DNA of 64,000 nt from Squalus acanthias (Eukaryota), in NCBI GenBank assembly GCA_030390025.1, contig CM059433.1, positions 27,406,001 through 27,470,000 on the forward strand, in the 5' to 3' direction. This document shows positions 49,921 to 63,102 of the stretch, piece after piece. The position numbers and the translations under genes are program-made. Each line of letters starts with the position of its first letter. The first letter of the stretch is position 1. Below the pieces are notes generated by a model that was given only the letters and a program-made list of their open reading frames with translations, made no database searches and was not told the DNA's origin.

Positions 49921-52900
49921 TCATTATCAAACCCTTTCATTATCTTAAAGACCTCTATCAGGTCACCCCTCAGCCTTCTCCTTTCTAGAGAAAAGAGCCC
50001 CAGTTTGTTCAGCCTTTCTGGATAAGTATATCCTCTCAGTTCTGGTATCATCCTTGTGACTATATTTGCACCTTCTCCACTGCTTCTATATCCTTTTTAT
50101 ATTATGGAGACCAGAACTGTGCACAGTACTCCAAGTGTGGTCTAACCAAAGTTCTATACAAGTTTAACATAACTTCTCTGCTTTTCAATTCTATCCCTCT
50201 AGAAATGAACCCCAGGGCCTGGTTTGCTTTTTTATGGCCTTAGAATCATAGAATCATAGAAATTTACGACACAGAAGGAGGCCATTCAGCCCATTGTGTC
50301 TGTGTTCACCGAAAAAGAGCTATCCAGACAAATGTCACTTTCCAGCTCTTGGTCCGTAGCCTTGTAGGTTACGGCACTTCAATTGCATATCCAAGTACTT
50401 TTTACATGTGATGAGGGATTCTGCCTCTACCACTCTTTCTGGCAGTGAGTTCCAAACCCCCACCACCCTCTGGGTGAAAAAAGTTCTCCTCAACTCTCCT
50501 CTAATCCTTCTACCAATTACTTTAAATCTATGGCCCCTGGTTATTGACCTCTCTGCTAAGGGAAATAGGTCCTTCCTATCCACTCTATCTAGGCCCCTCA
50601 TAGTTTTATACACCTCAATTAAGTCTCCCCTCAGCCTCCTCTGCTCCAAAGAAAACAACCCCAGCCTATCCAATCTTTCCTCATAGCTAAAATTCTCCAG
50701 TCCTGGCAACATCCTCGTAAATCTCCTCTGTACCCTCTCTAGTGCAATCACATCTTTCCTGTAATGTGGTGACCAGAACTGTATGCAGTACTCTAGCTGT
50801 GGCCTAACTAGTGTTTTATACAGTTCAAGCATAACCTCCCTGCTCTTATATTCTATGCCTCAGCTAATAAAGGAAAGTATCCCGTATGCCTTCTTAGCCA
50901 CCTTATCTACCTATCCTGCTACCTTCAGGGATCTGTGGACATGCACTCCAAGGTCCCTCTGTACTTCTACACTTCTCAGTATCCTACTATTTATTGTGTA
51001 TTCCCTTGCCTTGTGAGCCCTCCCCAAATGCATTACCTCACACTTCTCCAGATTGAATTGCATTTGCCACTTTTCTGCCCACCTGACCAGTCCATTGATA
51101 TCTTCCTGCAGTCTACAGCTTTCTTCTTCACTATCAACCACGGCCAATTTTTGTATCATCTGCAAACTTCTTAATCATGCCCCCTACGTTGAAGTCTAAA
51201 TCATTGCAAGGGACCTTTTAGTGATTTGTGTATTTGTACCCCTAGATCCTTTTCTTACTCTACCCCATGTGGACTCTTACTATCCAAGCAGTATGTGGTC
51301 TGCTTAATCTTTCTATCAAAATGCATCACCTCACACTTATCTATATTGAAATTCATTTGCCAATTACATGCTCATTCTGCAAGTTTATTAATGTCTTCTT
51401 AACATAAGGACATAAGAATTAGGAGCACGAGTAGGCCATACGGCCCCTCAAGCCTGCCCTGCCATTCAATAAGATCATGGCTGATCTTCAACCTCAACTC
51501 CACTTTCCTACCCGATCTCCATATCCTTGATTCCCCTAGAATCCAAAAATCTATCTATCTCACCCTTGAATATACTCAATGATTCAGCATCCACAGCCCT
51601 TTGGGGCAGAGAATTCCAAAAATTCACAATCCTCTGAGTGAAGAAATTCCTCCTCATCTCAGTCTTAAATGGCTGACTCTTTATCCTGAGACTATGCCCC
51701 CTAGTTCTAGACTCTCCAGCCAGGGTAAACAACCTCTCAGCATCTACCCTGTCAATTCCTTTTCAGAATCTTATATGTTTCAATGAGATCACCTCTCATT
51801 CTTCTAAACTCCAGAGTACAGGCCCAATCTACTCAATCTCTCCTCATAGGACAATCCTCTCATCCCAGGAATCAATCTAGTGAACCTTCGTTGCACTGCC
51901 TCTAAGGCAAGCATATCCTTCCTCAGATAAGGAGACCAAAACTGTGCATAGCACTCCAGGTGTCGTCTCACCAAAGCCATGTACAATTGTAGCAAGACTT
52001 CCTTACTCTTGTACTCCAAACCCTTTGCAATAAAGGCCATCATGTCATTTGCCTTCTGAACTGCTTGCTGTACCTGCATGCTAACTCTCTGTGTTTCCTG
52101 TACGAGGACACCTAAATCTCTCTGAACATTTAATAATTTCTCACCATTTAAAAAATATTCTGTTTTTCTATTCTTCCTACCAAAGTGAATAACCTCACAT
52201 TTCCTCATATTGTACTCCATCTGTCACCTTATTGTCCACTGACTTAACCTGTTTATATCCCTTTGCGGGCTATTTGTGTCCTCCTCACAGCTTACTTTTC
52301 CACCTAGCTTTGTATCATCAGCAAACTTGGATAGATTACACTTGGTCCCTTCATCTAAGTCATTAATATAAATTGTAAATAGCTGAGGCCCAAGCACTGA
52401 TCCTTGTGGCACCCCACTAGTTCCAGCCTGCCAACCAGAAAATGACCCATTTATCCCTACTCTCTGTTTTATATTCGTTTTCTCTCTCCCTCCTTTCTTG
52501 AATAACGGGGTTACATTTGCTACCTTCCAATCTGCTGGGACCGTTCTAGAATCTTGGGAATTTTGGAAGATCACAACCAATGCATCCACTATCTCTGCAG
52601 CCACCTCTTTTAGAACCCTAGGATGTAGGCCATCAGGTCCAGGGGATTTGTCGGCATTTAGTCCTATTAGTTTCTCAAGTACTTTTTCTCTACTGATTTT
52701 AATTACTTTAAGTTCCTCACTCTCATTACCCCCTTGGTTCCCCACTACTTCTGTTATGCTTTTTGTGTCTTCTACTGTGAAGACCGATACAAAATATTTG
52801 TTTAATGTCTCTGCCATTTCCTTATTCCCCATTTTAATTTCTCCTGTCTCAGCCTCTAAGGGACCAACGCTTACTTTTGCAACTCCTTTCCTTTTTACAT

Positions 52901-55900
52901 ACTTGTAGAAGCATTTAGAATTTGTTTTTATATTTCTTGATAGTTTATTCTCATATTCTATTTTCCCCCTTTTTATCAATTTTTTGGTCATCCTTTGCTG
53001 GTTTCGAAAGCTCTCCCAATCCTCAGGCTTACTACTATTTTTGCAATATTATAAGCCATTTCTTTTAATCCGATACTATCCTTAACTTCTTTAGTTAGCC
53101 ATGGATGGATCACTTTTATGGAGTTTTTATTTCTCAATTGACGACTGCGTATCTACTGTCATACCTTTTAATCTAATTTCCCAATCTACCTTAGCCAACT
53201 AGCCCCTCATACATATGTAATTGGCTTTATTTAAGTTTAAGACTCTAGTTTCAGACTTAAGTATTTCACTTTCAAACCCAATGCGAAATTCTATCATATT
53301 ATGATCACTCTTCCCCAGAGGATCCTTTACTATGAGATTACTAATTAACCCTTTCTCATTACATAATACAAGATCTAAAATAGCCTGTTCCTGGTTGGTT
53401 CCACAACGTATTGTTCTAGGAAACAGTCTCAATTGCATTCCATCAACACGTTCTCCAGACTACCTTCGCCAGTTTGTTTTGCCCAGTCTATATGAAACAT
53501 AGAAACATAGAAACATAGAAGATAGGAGCAGGAGTAGGCCATTCGGTCCCTCGAGCCTGCTCCACCATTCAATGCGATCATGGCTGATCATCCAAATTCA
53601 GTACCCTGTCCCTGCTTTCTCCCCATATCCCTTGGTCCCTTTAGCCTTAAGAAATATATCTAACTCCTTCTTGAATATATTTAATGAATTGGCCTCAACT
53701 GCCTTCTGTGGTAGAGAATTCCACAGGTTCACCACTCTCTGGGTGAAGAAATTCCTCCTCATCTCAGTCCTAAATGGCTTACCCCTTAACCTTAGACTGT
53801 GACCTCTGGTTCTGGACTCCCCCGCCATCGGGAACACCCTTCCTGCATCTAGTCTGTCTAGTCCTGTTAGAATTTTATAAGTTTCAATGAGATCCCCTCT
53901 CATTCTTCTAAACTCTCGTTGCACTTCCCCTTTTCCCAAACTATTGATGTTCAGATAATAATCTGTCTTCGCCACCAAAGTGGATAACCTCACATATATC
54001 CACATTATACTGCATCTGCCATGCATCTGCCCAATCACCCAACCTGTCCAAATCATACTGGAGTTTCTCTGCATCCTCCTCACAGCACACATGCCCACCC
54101 AGCTTTGTGTCGTCTGCAAACTTGGAGATATTGCATCTAGTTCCCTCGTCTAGATCATTAATATATATTGTGAATAGCTGGGGTCCTAGCACCGATCCCT
54201 GCGGTACTCCACTAGTCACTGCTTGCCACTCGGAAAAAGACCCATTTATTCCAACTCTTTGCTTCCTGTCTGCCAACCAGTTCTCTATCCAAGTCAGTGC
54301 CTTACCCCCAATCCCACGTGCTTTAACTTTGCACGCCAATCTCTTATGCGGGACCTTATCAAAAGCCTTCTGAAAGTCCAAATACACCACATCCACTGGT
54401 TCTCCCTTATCTATTCTACCAGTTACATCCTCAAAAAATTCCAGTAGATTAGTCAAGCATGATTTACCTTTTGTAAATCCATGTTGACTTTGTCCGATCC
54501 TGTCACTGTTTTCCAAGTGCTCTGCTATTACATCTTTTATAATGGACTCTAGCATTTTCCCCACTACCGATGTCAGGCTTACCGGCCTATAATTCCCCGT
54601 TTTCTCTCTACCACCTTTTTTAAATAGTGGGGTTACATTAACTATCCTCCAATCCATGGGAACTGTTCCAGAGTCTATAGAATTTTGGAAGATGACCAGC
54701 AATGCATCTACTATTTCTAGGGCCACTTCCTTAAGTACCCTAGGATGTAGATTATCAGGCCCTGGGGACTTATCGGCCTTCAATCCCATCAATTTCCCTA
54801 ACACCATTTCCCTACAAATACTGATTTCATTCAATTCCTCCCTCTCATTAGACCCTATGTTCCCCGACATCTCTGGGAGGTTATTTGTGTCCTCCTTTGT
54901 GAAGACAGAACCAAAGTATGTATTTAATTGGTCTGCCATTTCTTTGTTCCCCATTATAAATTCCCCTGATTCTGACTGCAAGGGACCTACGCTTGACTTC
55001 ACCAATCTTTTTCTCTTCACATATCTATAGAAGCTTTTACAGTCAGTTTTTATGTTCCCTGCAAGCTTACTCTCATATTCTCATAAGAAGATTAAAGTCC
55101 CCCACAATTATTGCATTACCTTTGTTACAAGCTCCTATTATTTATTGATTAATACTCTAGCCAACTGTATAGCTACTGTTAGGGGGCCTATCAACTACTC
55201 CCACCAGTGTTTTCTGCTCCTTGTTATTTCTTATCTCCATCGATACTGATTCTACTTCCTGATCTTCCGAACCAAGATCCTTTCTCATTACTATCCTTAT
55301 GTCATCCTTTATTATCAGGGCTACCACGCCCCCCACCCCCACCCCCTTTCCATTCTGCCTGTCTTTTTAAAACGTCAAGTACCCTGGAATATTTAGTTCC
55401 CAACCTTGGTCACCTTGCAACCATATCTCTGTAATGGCTATTAGATCAAAATCTCTATTTGTGCCACTAATTCATCTATCTTGTTATGAATGCTTCGTGC
55501 ATTCAGATAAAGAGCCTTTAATTTGAACTTTTTACCATTATTCCCTGCTTTCACCTTATTCGCTGATGCACTATTACCATTAAACTCTCTGTCCCTTCCT
55601 GTCACACTCTGCTTATCTTTACCCAAATCACTACACTGTTCCATTACCTTGACTTTTATCTTTACATTTCTAAATTTCCCCTCACCTGACCCCCTCCCTC
55701 CATTTTAGTTTCAACCCCTATCTGCACCCCTTCTTGTATTTTGTCACATTCTCCCTTTGTATTGGCTGCAACCCCCAATTTGGTGTTGCCTGCAAATTTT
55801 GAAATTGAACTTCCAATTCTTGAGTTCAAATCATTAATGTAAATTGTGAACAACAGTGGTCCCAGCACCAATCCCTGTGGAACACCACTTCCCACCTTTT

Positions 55901-55970
55901 GCCAGTCTAAGTAGTTACCCTAACCCCTACTCTCTATTTTCTGTTTTGTAGCCAGCTTGCTATCCATTCC
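49921..55970 (-). mobile_element. Stack of nested CR1 LINE fragments
   Basis: Three separate CR1 3' tails (near 50243, 51401, 53496) plus RT and endonuclease pieces, all minus strand. Confidence 0.88.
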
Positions 55971-56082
55971 TTGCTCTTCCACTTCACTCTCTACTTCACT
56001 ACATGTGTTACCAATATTTTTATCACTTTTATACAGAATTATGACCACTCAAACACTATCTCTGTCCAAAGGGCAGTAGTGC

Positions 56083-57330
56083 ATGGCATTAAACCATAGG
56101 CGACAAACACGCAACTTCCCTTATACAGACCTCCAAGCCTTCCTGGAGGGCATTGAAAGCAGGACGAACAGACTCCCGGATGAAGTTGCCACCAAGTCTC
56201 CCAGAATTATCATTCATGCCACCTGGAGGGAGGTGACACTGGCAATGATTGGTACTCCCTCAGTCCCAGGACAGTGCTGCAAATAGTTCCACATCCTCAG
56301 CAGGGCAGGCAAGATAACACACTGCACATCTCTCCCTTTTCTTCCTTGCCCACCCTGGGCATCAACATACTCTTCACCCTCTTAAAGTAACACTTGCTCA
56401 ATTAACTCTTCACAATGCCCTCTGGTTCAGTGGGGCTCCAACTCAGCATATTGCTCTATGACTACCCAGCTCCCCTCACAGTAATTACTTACATGCATAA
56501 TTCTAAGACTCCACTTTCACAATCTCATATACCCACATCTTACTTCATCTCTCCCATGCCACTTGGCACACACTCCTCAACTGCAAGCCTTACCCTCAAA
56601 CACTTATCTTATTTTAGGACAAATTGGCACTTGGTGCCCACCAAAGGCAAGCCACTGAAGAGGGCTCCCCAATCATAAGTATCTCACCACTTTCAAGGAG
56701 AAGGCCATGTAGCTCATGAGAAGACATTCCGCTCTTTCTTAGGAGTTGGTGACATCTTGTTGGCACCAGGTTACTGATTTGAGTACCTAAACTGTTGCTC
56801 GGTGAAGCATCACACAGACACAACCTTCACTTCTTTCTCTGTCTCCTTAATCCCAAGGCAGTGATACTCTACATTCCTTTTCTGCAGATCCACCACAGCA
56901 ATGGGCAGCAGAGGAGGAGGAAAACGATGATCATGAAGAAGATGATGAGGACCAAGCCACCCAAGAGTAACAGATACATAACACTCTCATCTGTCAGGAC
57001 AACAGCACATACCAAGCCTCCAACCATCCCCCTCATAGCACTGCACATGGAAGGCACCACCAAACTGCCAAGGAGCAAGCAGACATGAGATGAGGGCCAC
57101 TTCCATTGCATGAGCCTTTTGTAGAGAATGAGCAGCCAATCACCTCCTGCGATCCTGGTCCTCAGGTGGCGCCTAGAAGAAGCACGAGAACAGGTGCCCA
57201 TAAGGAATGCCCTAATTGCTCCTGAGTAACCCTGACTGTGAGTAGTGGGTGGGTGATCCAAAATTCTGCCGGTGGTCTGACCCTGTGAGAAGCAGTCAGA
57301 AGCAAGTGCAGGTGGCTGTAGGCAGAATTG
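56083..57330 (+). mobile_element. Ancient Harbinger Myb/SANT-like remnant
   Basis: NFPYTDLQAFLEGI...WREV...QCCK resembles a Myb/SANT domain; C-rich intron-like and acidic segments as in the other copies. Confidence 0.45.
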
Positions 57331-58076
57331 CAAAAAAAACTACTTTAACTATCATTTCCTAACAGCAGAAATCTGAATTCAAAGATCTCCAGCCTCTTCT
57401 GTTTCAGGAACTCCTCCCTTCTGCCTTGAACAGCTGATCCAGACAGCTGCTGCGCCTCATTGAACTGTGTGTAACTTACCGCAAGTGCTGCAGTGATCCA
57501 AATGTAGGAAACGCAGAAGTGCTTTGCCACTGTTTTTCACTTTGACATATTCAAATAAAGTCAGTGGTGACTAAGTGGACTGATAGCAGGACAGCTGCAG
57601 AAGCTAGGGAGCTAGGGATAAGCCATTTAAACATGGAATTCGGGCCCAAACAGCTTCTACCCCACTCTCCTTGCAAAAAAAAATACCAACATTGTTCCTG
57701 CATGATGGTAAGGAAATTTACCCCCATGGTCTTTTCTGTGATTCCCAATTTTCAGTTTTTACTGCCAGCAAACTCCTATTCATTTACATAGGTCAAATGA
57801 CTGATTAACATTTGTTATTTTTTTCCCCCTTCAAGTTTCTTCTTTCTGCTTTTGAAGATGCTGATTTCTTGCTGCGACACAGTTCCAAAGGCATTGCCTG
57901 TCCTCTAGCATTTCATCCAGGTAGTCATTTTTCAAGTATGAGTCTGGATGGTGGGTTCTGGCAAACTATTCAAAAGTCACAACCAATCATCACAACTTAT
58001 ACTCAAACCTGTCCTCACCCAGCATCCACAAGTGCACACTTTTCATCAAGGGTCACCGGATAAAAATCAGAAGTGC

Positions 58077-59840
58077 TGTAAGGTTTCCAAAATTTGTAGT
58101 TCCCCAAAACCTAAGGAAAAAGGACTTTGGAACTACCTCAGAGTGATAAAAAAAAATGCATTTGGGCCTAACATAAGGAATATAAGACCAAAAACCAAGT
58201 TTTGGCATTTTAAAACCATGTCTGGGCCTGTAAAGGGACAAGGAGGTGGGCTGGACCTCTGTAAAAGCAGTTTGGTTATTGCCGTTAATTACACTGTCTG
58301 AGGAACTGGGATGACCTCACTCAAGCCCCAGCAGACATTAACATTTGAACAATAGACCCAGGGAAGGAGCAGTCCCACCCAAAATACAGGCCCCATCAAA
58401 ACCGATTACAGGGCCCATCAAAAACATGCATAATTAAAACCCACTCGGGACCATTCTATCGAAAGACTGAGTCCAACCTAGAAACCCAAACACAAAATCA
58501 ATCACCAGTGATCAACCAAGGAGCTTGACAAGATGCAAGCCATCCCAAAAGCCATATGATACTTACAGAGCAGTTACTGGTAACAGGCCCGCCAAAATCA
58601 GACAATGAACTGAGCAGATTTGGCGGGTAGATAAGGCCATGTTCAATGGGTGAGATTGAAGGCCTGTTAAAAAAACAGTTAACACGCTAGTAAGTCGTTA
58701 CCGATTAACGAGCCCGCCAAAACCAGACAATGAACTAAGTAGATTTGGCGGGTAGATAAGGCCATGTTCAATGGGTGAGATTGAAGGCCTGTTAAAAAAC
58801 CAGTTAACATGCTAGTAATTCGTTACCGATTTACGAGCCTGCCAAAATCAGACAATGAACTGAGTAGATTTGGCGGGTAGATAAGGCCACTTCAATTCCG
58901 TATAATTGAAGGCCCGTTAAGCAGTTCAGTGTGGTCAGCAGAAGAAGAAGAAGCAAGGAAGAAGACAAGTCGAGCTGGAAGCGAGTCGGCATCGCTCACC
59001 ACTCAGACACACCTGAGTCCAGCTCGTGAAGATACCACCTCGACGGACCTCCAACAACGGTCCCAACACAGGCACCCGGAGCAACAAGCAGCAACAAGTC
59101 ACCGACAGCTCCATGAGGTCGACCGACACACTAGACAAGGCCTAAAACCATCGCGGAAACCAAAGGCCTCAAGAAACCAACAACCGCATATTACCCCCAA
59201 CTGACCGGGTAATAGCAGGCCACCGCGACCAACAAAGACCAACTCAAGGGAAGAAAAACCCGAAGAACCGCAAAGTTTCCACTCTACAATCTACTCCTGA
59301 CTTACCCCGGGTAAGATTTTCCCCAAAGACTCTAAACCCTGCTGCTAAACCAAAGAAATTGGGTACTCACCTGATAAATCCAAAACGACATCCTACCGCA
59401 TCAGCGGACTCGCGAAGACTGACCAGATACGCAGGTGAAGTCCTCTACTGCGTACGGGGTACGACAGACACTAACCGCCATAAACAGCAAACCCCAAAAC
59501 CGCAATTTAGCCTAACTGCCAAAGGATTGGTGAGCATTATCCCTGGTCCTTCAAAGCCTAACTTAGCTAGTAAAGTGGGGTTGGGAGGGGTGAAGTATTG
59601 TTCTACTGTCATTTCCCTCGCTTGTACCGAAGTGTTCCCCACCTTTAGCGTGTTAAGAGTGTTGTTATTTGTGTTTTACTTTTTAATAAAGATTGAAGTT
59701 CTTTCATCAAACTCAGTTGTCTACTGCACCTTTTGTCACAACCCCCAAATAAGTCCAAGGTCTAGAACCAAGGGAGTGGGAGCAATTCGAACCGCTCAGA
59801 AGTCAGAGGTGAAGCTGACACAAAACCACCACCCCCTACA
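58077..59840 (+). mobile_element. Solo LTR, 1764 bp
   Basis: tgtaagg...ccctaca ends, GTGC TSD at 58073-58076 and 59841-59844, AATAAA near 59685, internal tandem repeats. Confidence 0.8.
58587..58920 (+). repeat. 125-bp tandem repeat (2.7 copies) within the solo LTR
   Basis: Units start at 58587, 58712 and 58837. Confidence 0.92.
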
Positions 59841-60077
59841 GTGCGAATTCCAGCTAATTTATTTTCTTCTGCGGTCCAGGGATGTTGAGACCATTTGTAG
59901 CACATTTACTGCCATCTTGGCTTTCATCAGCTAATCCGATAACACTCAAATCTGTGTGGCTCAGTACAACATTGGATGGGAGCATTATCCATTTATTCAT
60001 TGGGCAGCTTAACTTCCATTTGTTGGAGCAGTAAATTAGAAGATTTTTTTCAGTGTTAATGGCTCAGTAGAAATGTT

Positions 60078-62272
60078 GGGGGAGAAATTGGGTACCTTTC
60101 CGCCCCCCGTTAGCGCCTCTGGGGGGTGCTACCGGCTTAATGACCGGGTGCGACGATAGTACCGACGCCCGCAAAATTAAAGTGGAGGTTTGCAGCTGCG
60201 GAACCCACTAGCGCCACGCTCACCTGCGGCCAGAGATCATGATGTCATCCGGCTGCGCAGCACCCCGGCTCAGAAATTCACTCTCGCCCCCTGCCTGAGC
60301 GCCTGCCATTAACAACAACAGGTAGAGGAGGTGGTATGCAGTTGGATGAGCACTGGAGGAGTGCTATATAAAGGTGTCAACATCCGGTTTATTTTTAGTC
60401 GGCAAAGACTGCTGCCTTGTCAGTTTGATATAGACAAACAGGTGTTTTGAGCGATTTCAGCGTTTTTCAGTTGAAGGAGTCTTCTGACTCAGAAAAATTA
60501 TTCACTTTCATTTAGGTGAGATTTGAAAGTGCAACATTTCCATACTTCACTGGGGGCTGTGCTGGCGCTCCAGCATCAATGTCGGAGGCAGCGGATAGAG
60601 AGAGAGATTGCAAAATGTGGCCAGAGGGAGGAGGGCCAACAGGGCTATCAACAGGAGGCCTTACCCTCCCAGGGCATTCCGGCAGCATTTCTCCTACATC
60701 AATTTCACTGAGGAACAGTGTCTTAGAAGGTTCTGCTTCACCAAGGACGTGGTCACAGAGCTCTGCCACCTCCTGCAGCCACACCTTGAGCCTCACATCA
60801 GGAACACCAAGGCTCGCTCACTGGCAGTGAAGGTCACTGTCGCCCTCAATTTCTACACCAGTGGATCCTTCCAGTATGCAACAGGAAATATAGCGAACAT
60901 CTCGCAGTTTGCCGTCCATTGCTGCATCCGCGAGGTCACAGATGCTCTCTACATAAGGAGAAGGGATTACATTTCCTTCCCCATGACCAGAGAGAAGCAG
61001 CGCGAGCGTGCATGTGGCTTTGCCAGGATAACGAGCTTCCCCATGGTGCAGGGCGCCATTGACTGCACCCACATCACTCTGTGGGCACCTCGTAACAATC
61101 CTGAGGTATTCAGTAACCACAAAGGCTACCACTCACTTAATGTGCAGTTGGTGTGCGACCACACACAGCGAAGCCTCACCGTCAATGCCCGCTATCCTGG
61201 CAGCAGCCACGATACCTTCATTCTGCACCAGCTCTGTTCCAGCCACCACATCAAGCTTGTGGTTGGTTGCTGGGAGAGAAGGGCTATCTGCTTTCCACCT
61301 GGCTCATGACTCGCCTCTACAACCCCAACACTCGTACCCAGCACTCATACAATGAGAGCCATGCTGCCACCAGGAACATCATTGAGCAGAACATCGGAGT
61401 GCTCAAGCAACGGTTCCGCTGCCTTGACCGCTCGGGAGGAGCCCTCCAGTACTCGGCTGAGCGGGTGTTCCTTTTCATCGTGGTCTGCTGCATGCTGCAC
61501 AACTTGGCCATCATGAGAGCCCAGCCCTTGCCACCAGGCATAGCCGCACCACCTCAGGAGGAGGAAGAGGGAGATGAGGAGGACGAGGGTGAATAGGAGG
61601 AGGAACAGGAGCACGAACATCAGCGATGGAGGAGGCCGCCACTCAATCGGTCTTGTGGAAGGGCGGTCCATGACCGCCTCATCAAACTTCGGTTCCAATG
61701 AATTGGAGGCCACTTCCCGGTTGCTCAGCACGTCCCCATCATTCCATCAATTTCTCATTCCACACCACACCCCAAAGCGGAAATGAGACACAGCCCCAAA
61801 TCTGCAACATTCCAATAATAAGTTTATCCAAATTCAGCAACCACATATATACAGCAACAATATTAACTAATCAACCTTGTATAAACCCTTACTTCCCCTC
61901 TTTACAGTGCCTCTCCCTAATCTACTGCTCCTACATAGTGTCTCCCCAGTGACTGCAGCAGGGATGGTGGAAGGCTGCTGAGTGTCGGGTCCAGAGACTA
62001 CAGATGGCCTTGCAGGACGCCCTCGACCAGCTCTGGGCCTGGAAGGCTCGGCTGTACACTGTGCCACCTCAGGATGGGCGGCGGCAGTCTGGGCTGGCTG
62101 GATGACAGGCAGCGACAAGTGCAATAGCAGAGTGGCAGTGGTGGGATCAGGAATGCTGTCATCCTGAGAGAGGACAGCAGGTTCCTGCTCCACTGACCCA
62201 CTCCCACTCCCCCGGGCCAGCACCTCAGCATCCCTACCAATCTGCTGGAGCACAGATTGGTGGGCTGCTGCG
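60078..62272. mobile_element. PIF/Harbinger transposon interrupted by CR1
   Basis: Left TIR gggggagaaattgg; transposase on plus, accessory gene 3' end at 61867-62272 on minus. Confidence 0.88.
60560..61596 (+). pseudogene. Harbinger transposase (frameshifted)
   Basis: GAIDCTH, KGYHSLNVQLVCD, IEQNIGVLKQRFRCLD, CCMLHN. Confidence 0.88.
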
Positions 62273-62293
62273 ACATCGAGTTACCTGGACTCC

Positions 62294-63064
62294 GTGTTTC
62301 AGGAGGTAGTCACACCAATTAGAGTAACTAATTCAGAAGTAGCCCGTGGTCAGGGACAGGAAGGTGTGACTACGAGTGAGGCAGGTACAGGGATCCAGGA
62401 GGTAGTGTTGGAGGAGCCGCAGCCCTTGCTCTTGTCCAACAGGTTCGAGGCTCTTACTCCCTGTGTGGATAGGAGCGGGGACTGCAGGGAGGATGAGCAA
62501 CCTGGCCACAGCACAGTGGTAAGGGGGGCCATTCAAGTGGGGGGAGTAAAAAGAAATGTTGTAGTGGTAGGGGATAGTATCATTAGGGGGATAGATAGGG
62601 TTCTTTGCAGCCAAGAGCGAGAGTCCCGAAGGCTGTGTTGCCTGCCCGGTGCCAGGGTTAAGGACATCTCCTCTGGGCTGGAGAGAAACTTGGAGTGGGA
62701 GGGGGAGGATCCAGTTGTCGTGGTCCATGTTGGTACCAATGACATAGATAGGACAAGGAAAGAGGTTCTGCTGAGGGAGTTTGAGCAGCTAGGGGCCAAA
62801 TTAAAAAGCAGAACCTCGAGGGTAATAATCTCTGGATTACTACCTGAGCCACGAGCAAATTTGGCTAGGGTAAATAAAATCAGGGAGTTGAATGCGTGGC
62901 TCAAAGACTGGTGTGGGAAAAATGGGTTTTGCTTCTTGGGACACTGGCACCAATACTGGGGCAGGAGAGAGCTGTTCCGTTGGGACGGACTTCACTTGGC
63001 CAGTGCTGGGACTAGTGTCCTGGCGAATCGAATAACTAGGGCTGTGGAGAGGGCTTTAAACTAA
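62294..63064 (+). CDS. CR1 ORF1p SGNH esterase domain (N-terminus missing)
   Basis: Blocks VGDSIIRG, PGA, VHVGTND and DGLHL. Confidence 0.85.
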   Translation: MFQEVVTPIRVTNSEVARGQGQEGVTTSEAGTGIQEVVLEEPQPLLLSNRFEALTPCVDRSGDCREDEQPGHSTVVRGAIQVGGVKRNVVVVGDSIIRGIDRVLCSQERESRRLCCLPGARVKDISSGLERNLEWEGEDPVVVVHVGTNDIDRTRKEVLLREFEQLGAKLKSRTSRVIISGLLPEPRANLARVNKIRELNAWLKDWCGKNGFCFLGHWHQYWGRRELFRWDGLHLASAGTSVLANRITRAVERALN

Positions 63065-63102
63065 TTAGTGGGGGGGAGGTTTCAAGAGAGCAAAAAATAA
63101 AA

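Noticed and set aside
58019..58110. Exon-like segment on the minus strand (VLGNYKFWKPY...) with plausible splice sites
   Set aside because: It straddles the solo-LTR boundary at 58077, so it is unlikely to be an ancestral host exon.
58929..59934. ORFs within the solo LTR as viral accessory genes
   Set aside because: Non-ATG starts, no recognisable domain, and one crosses the LTR boundary.
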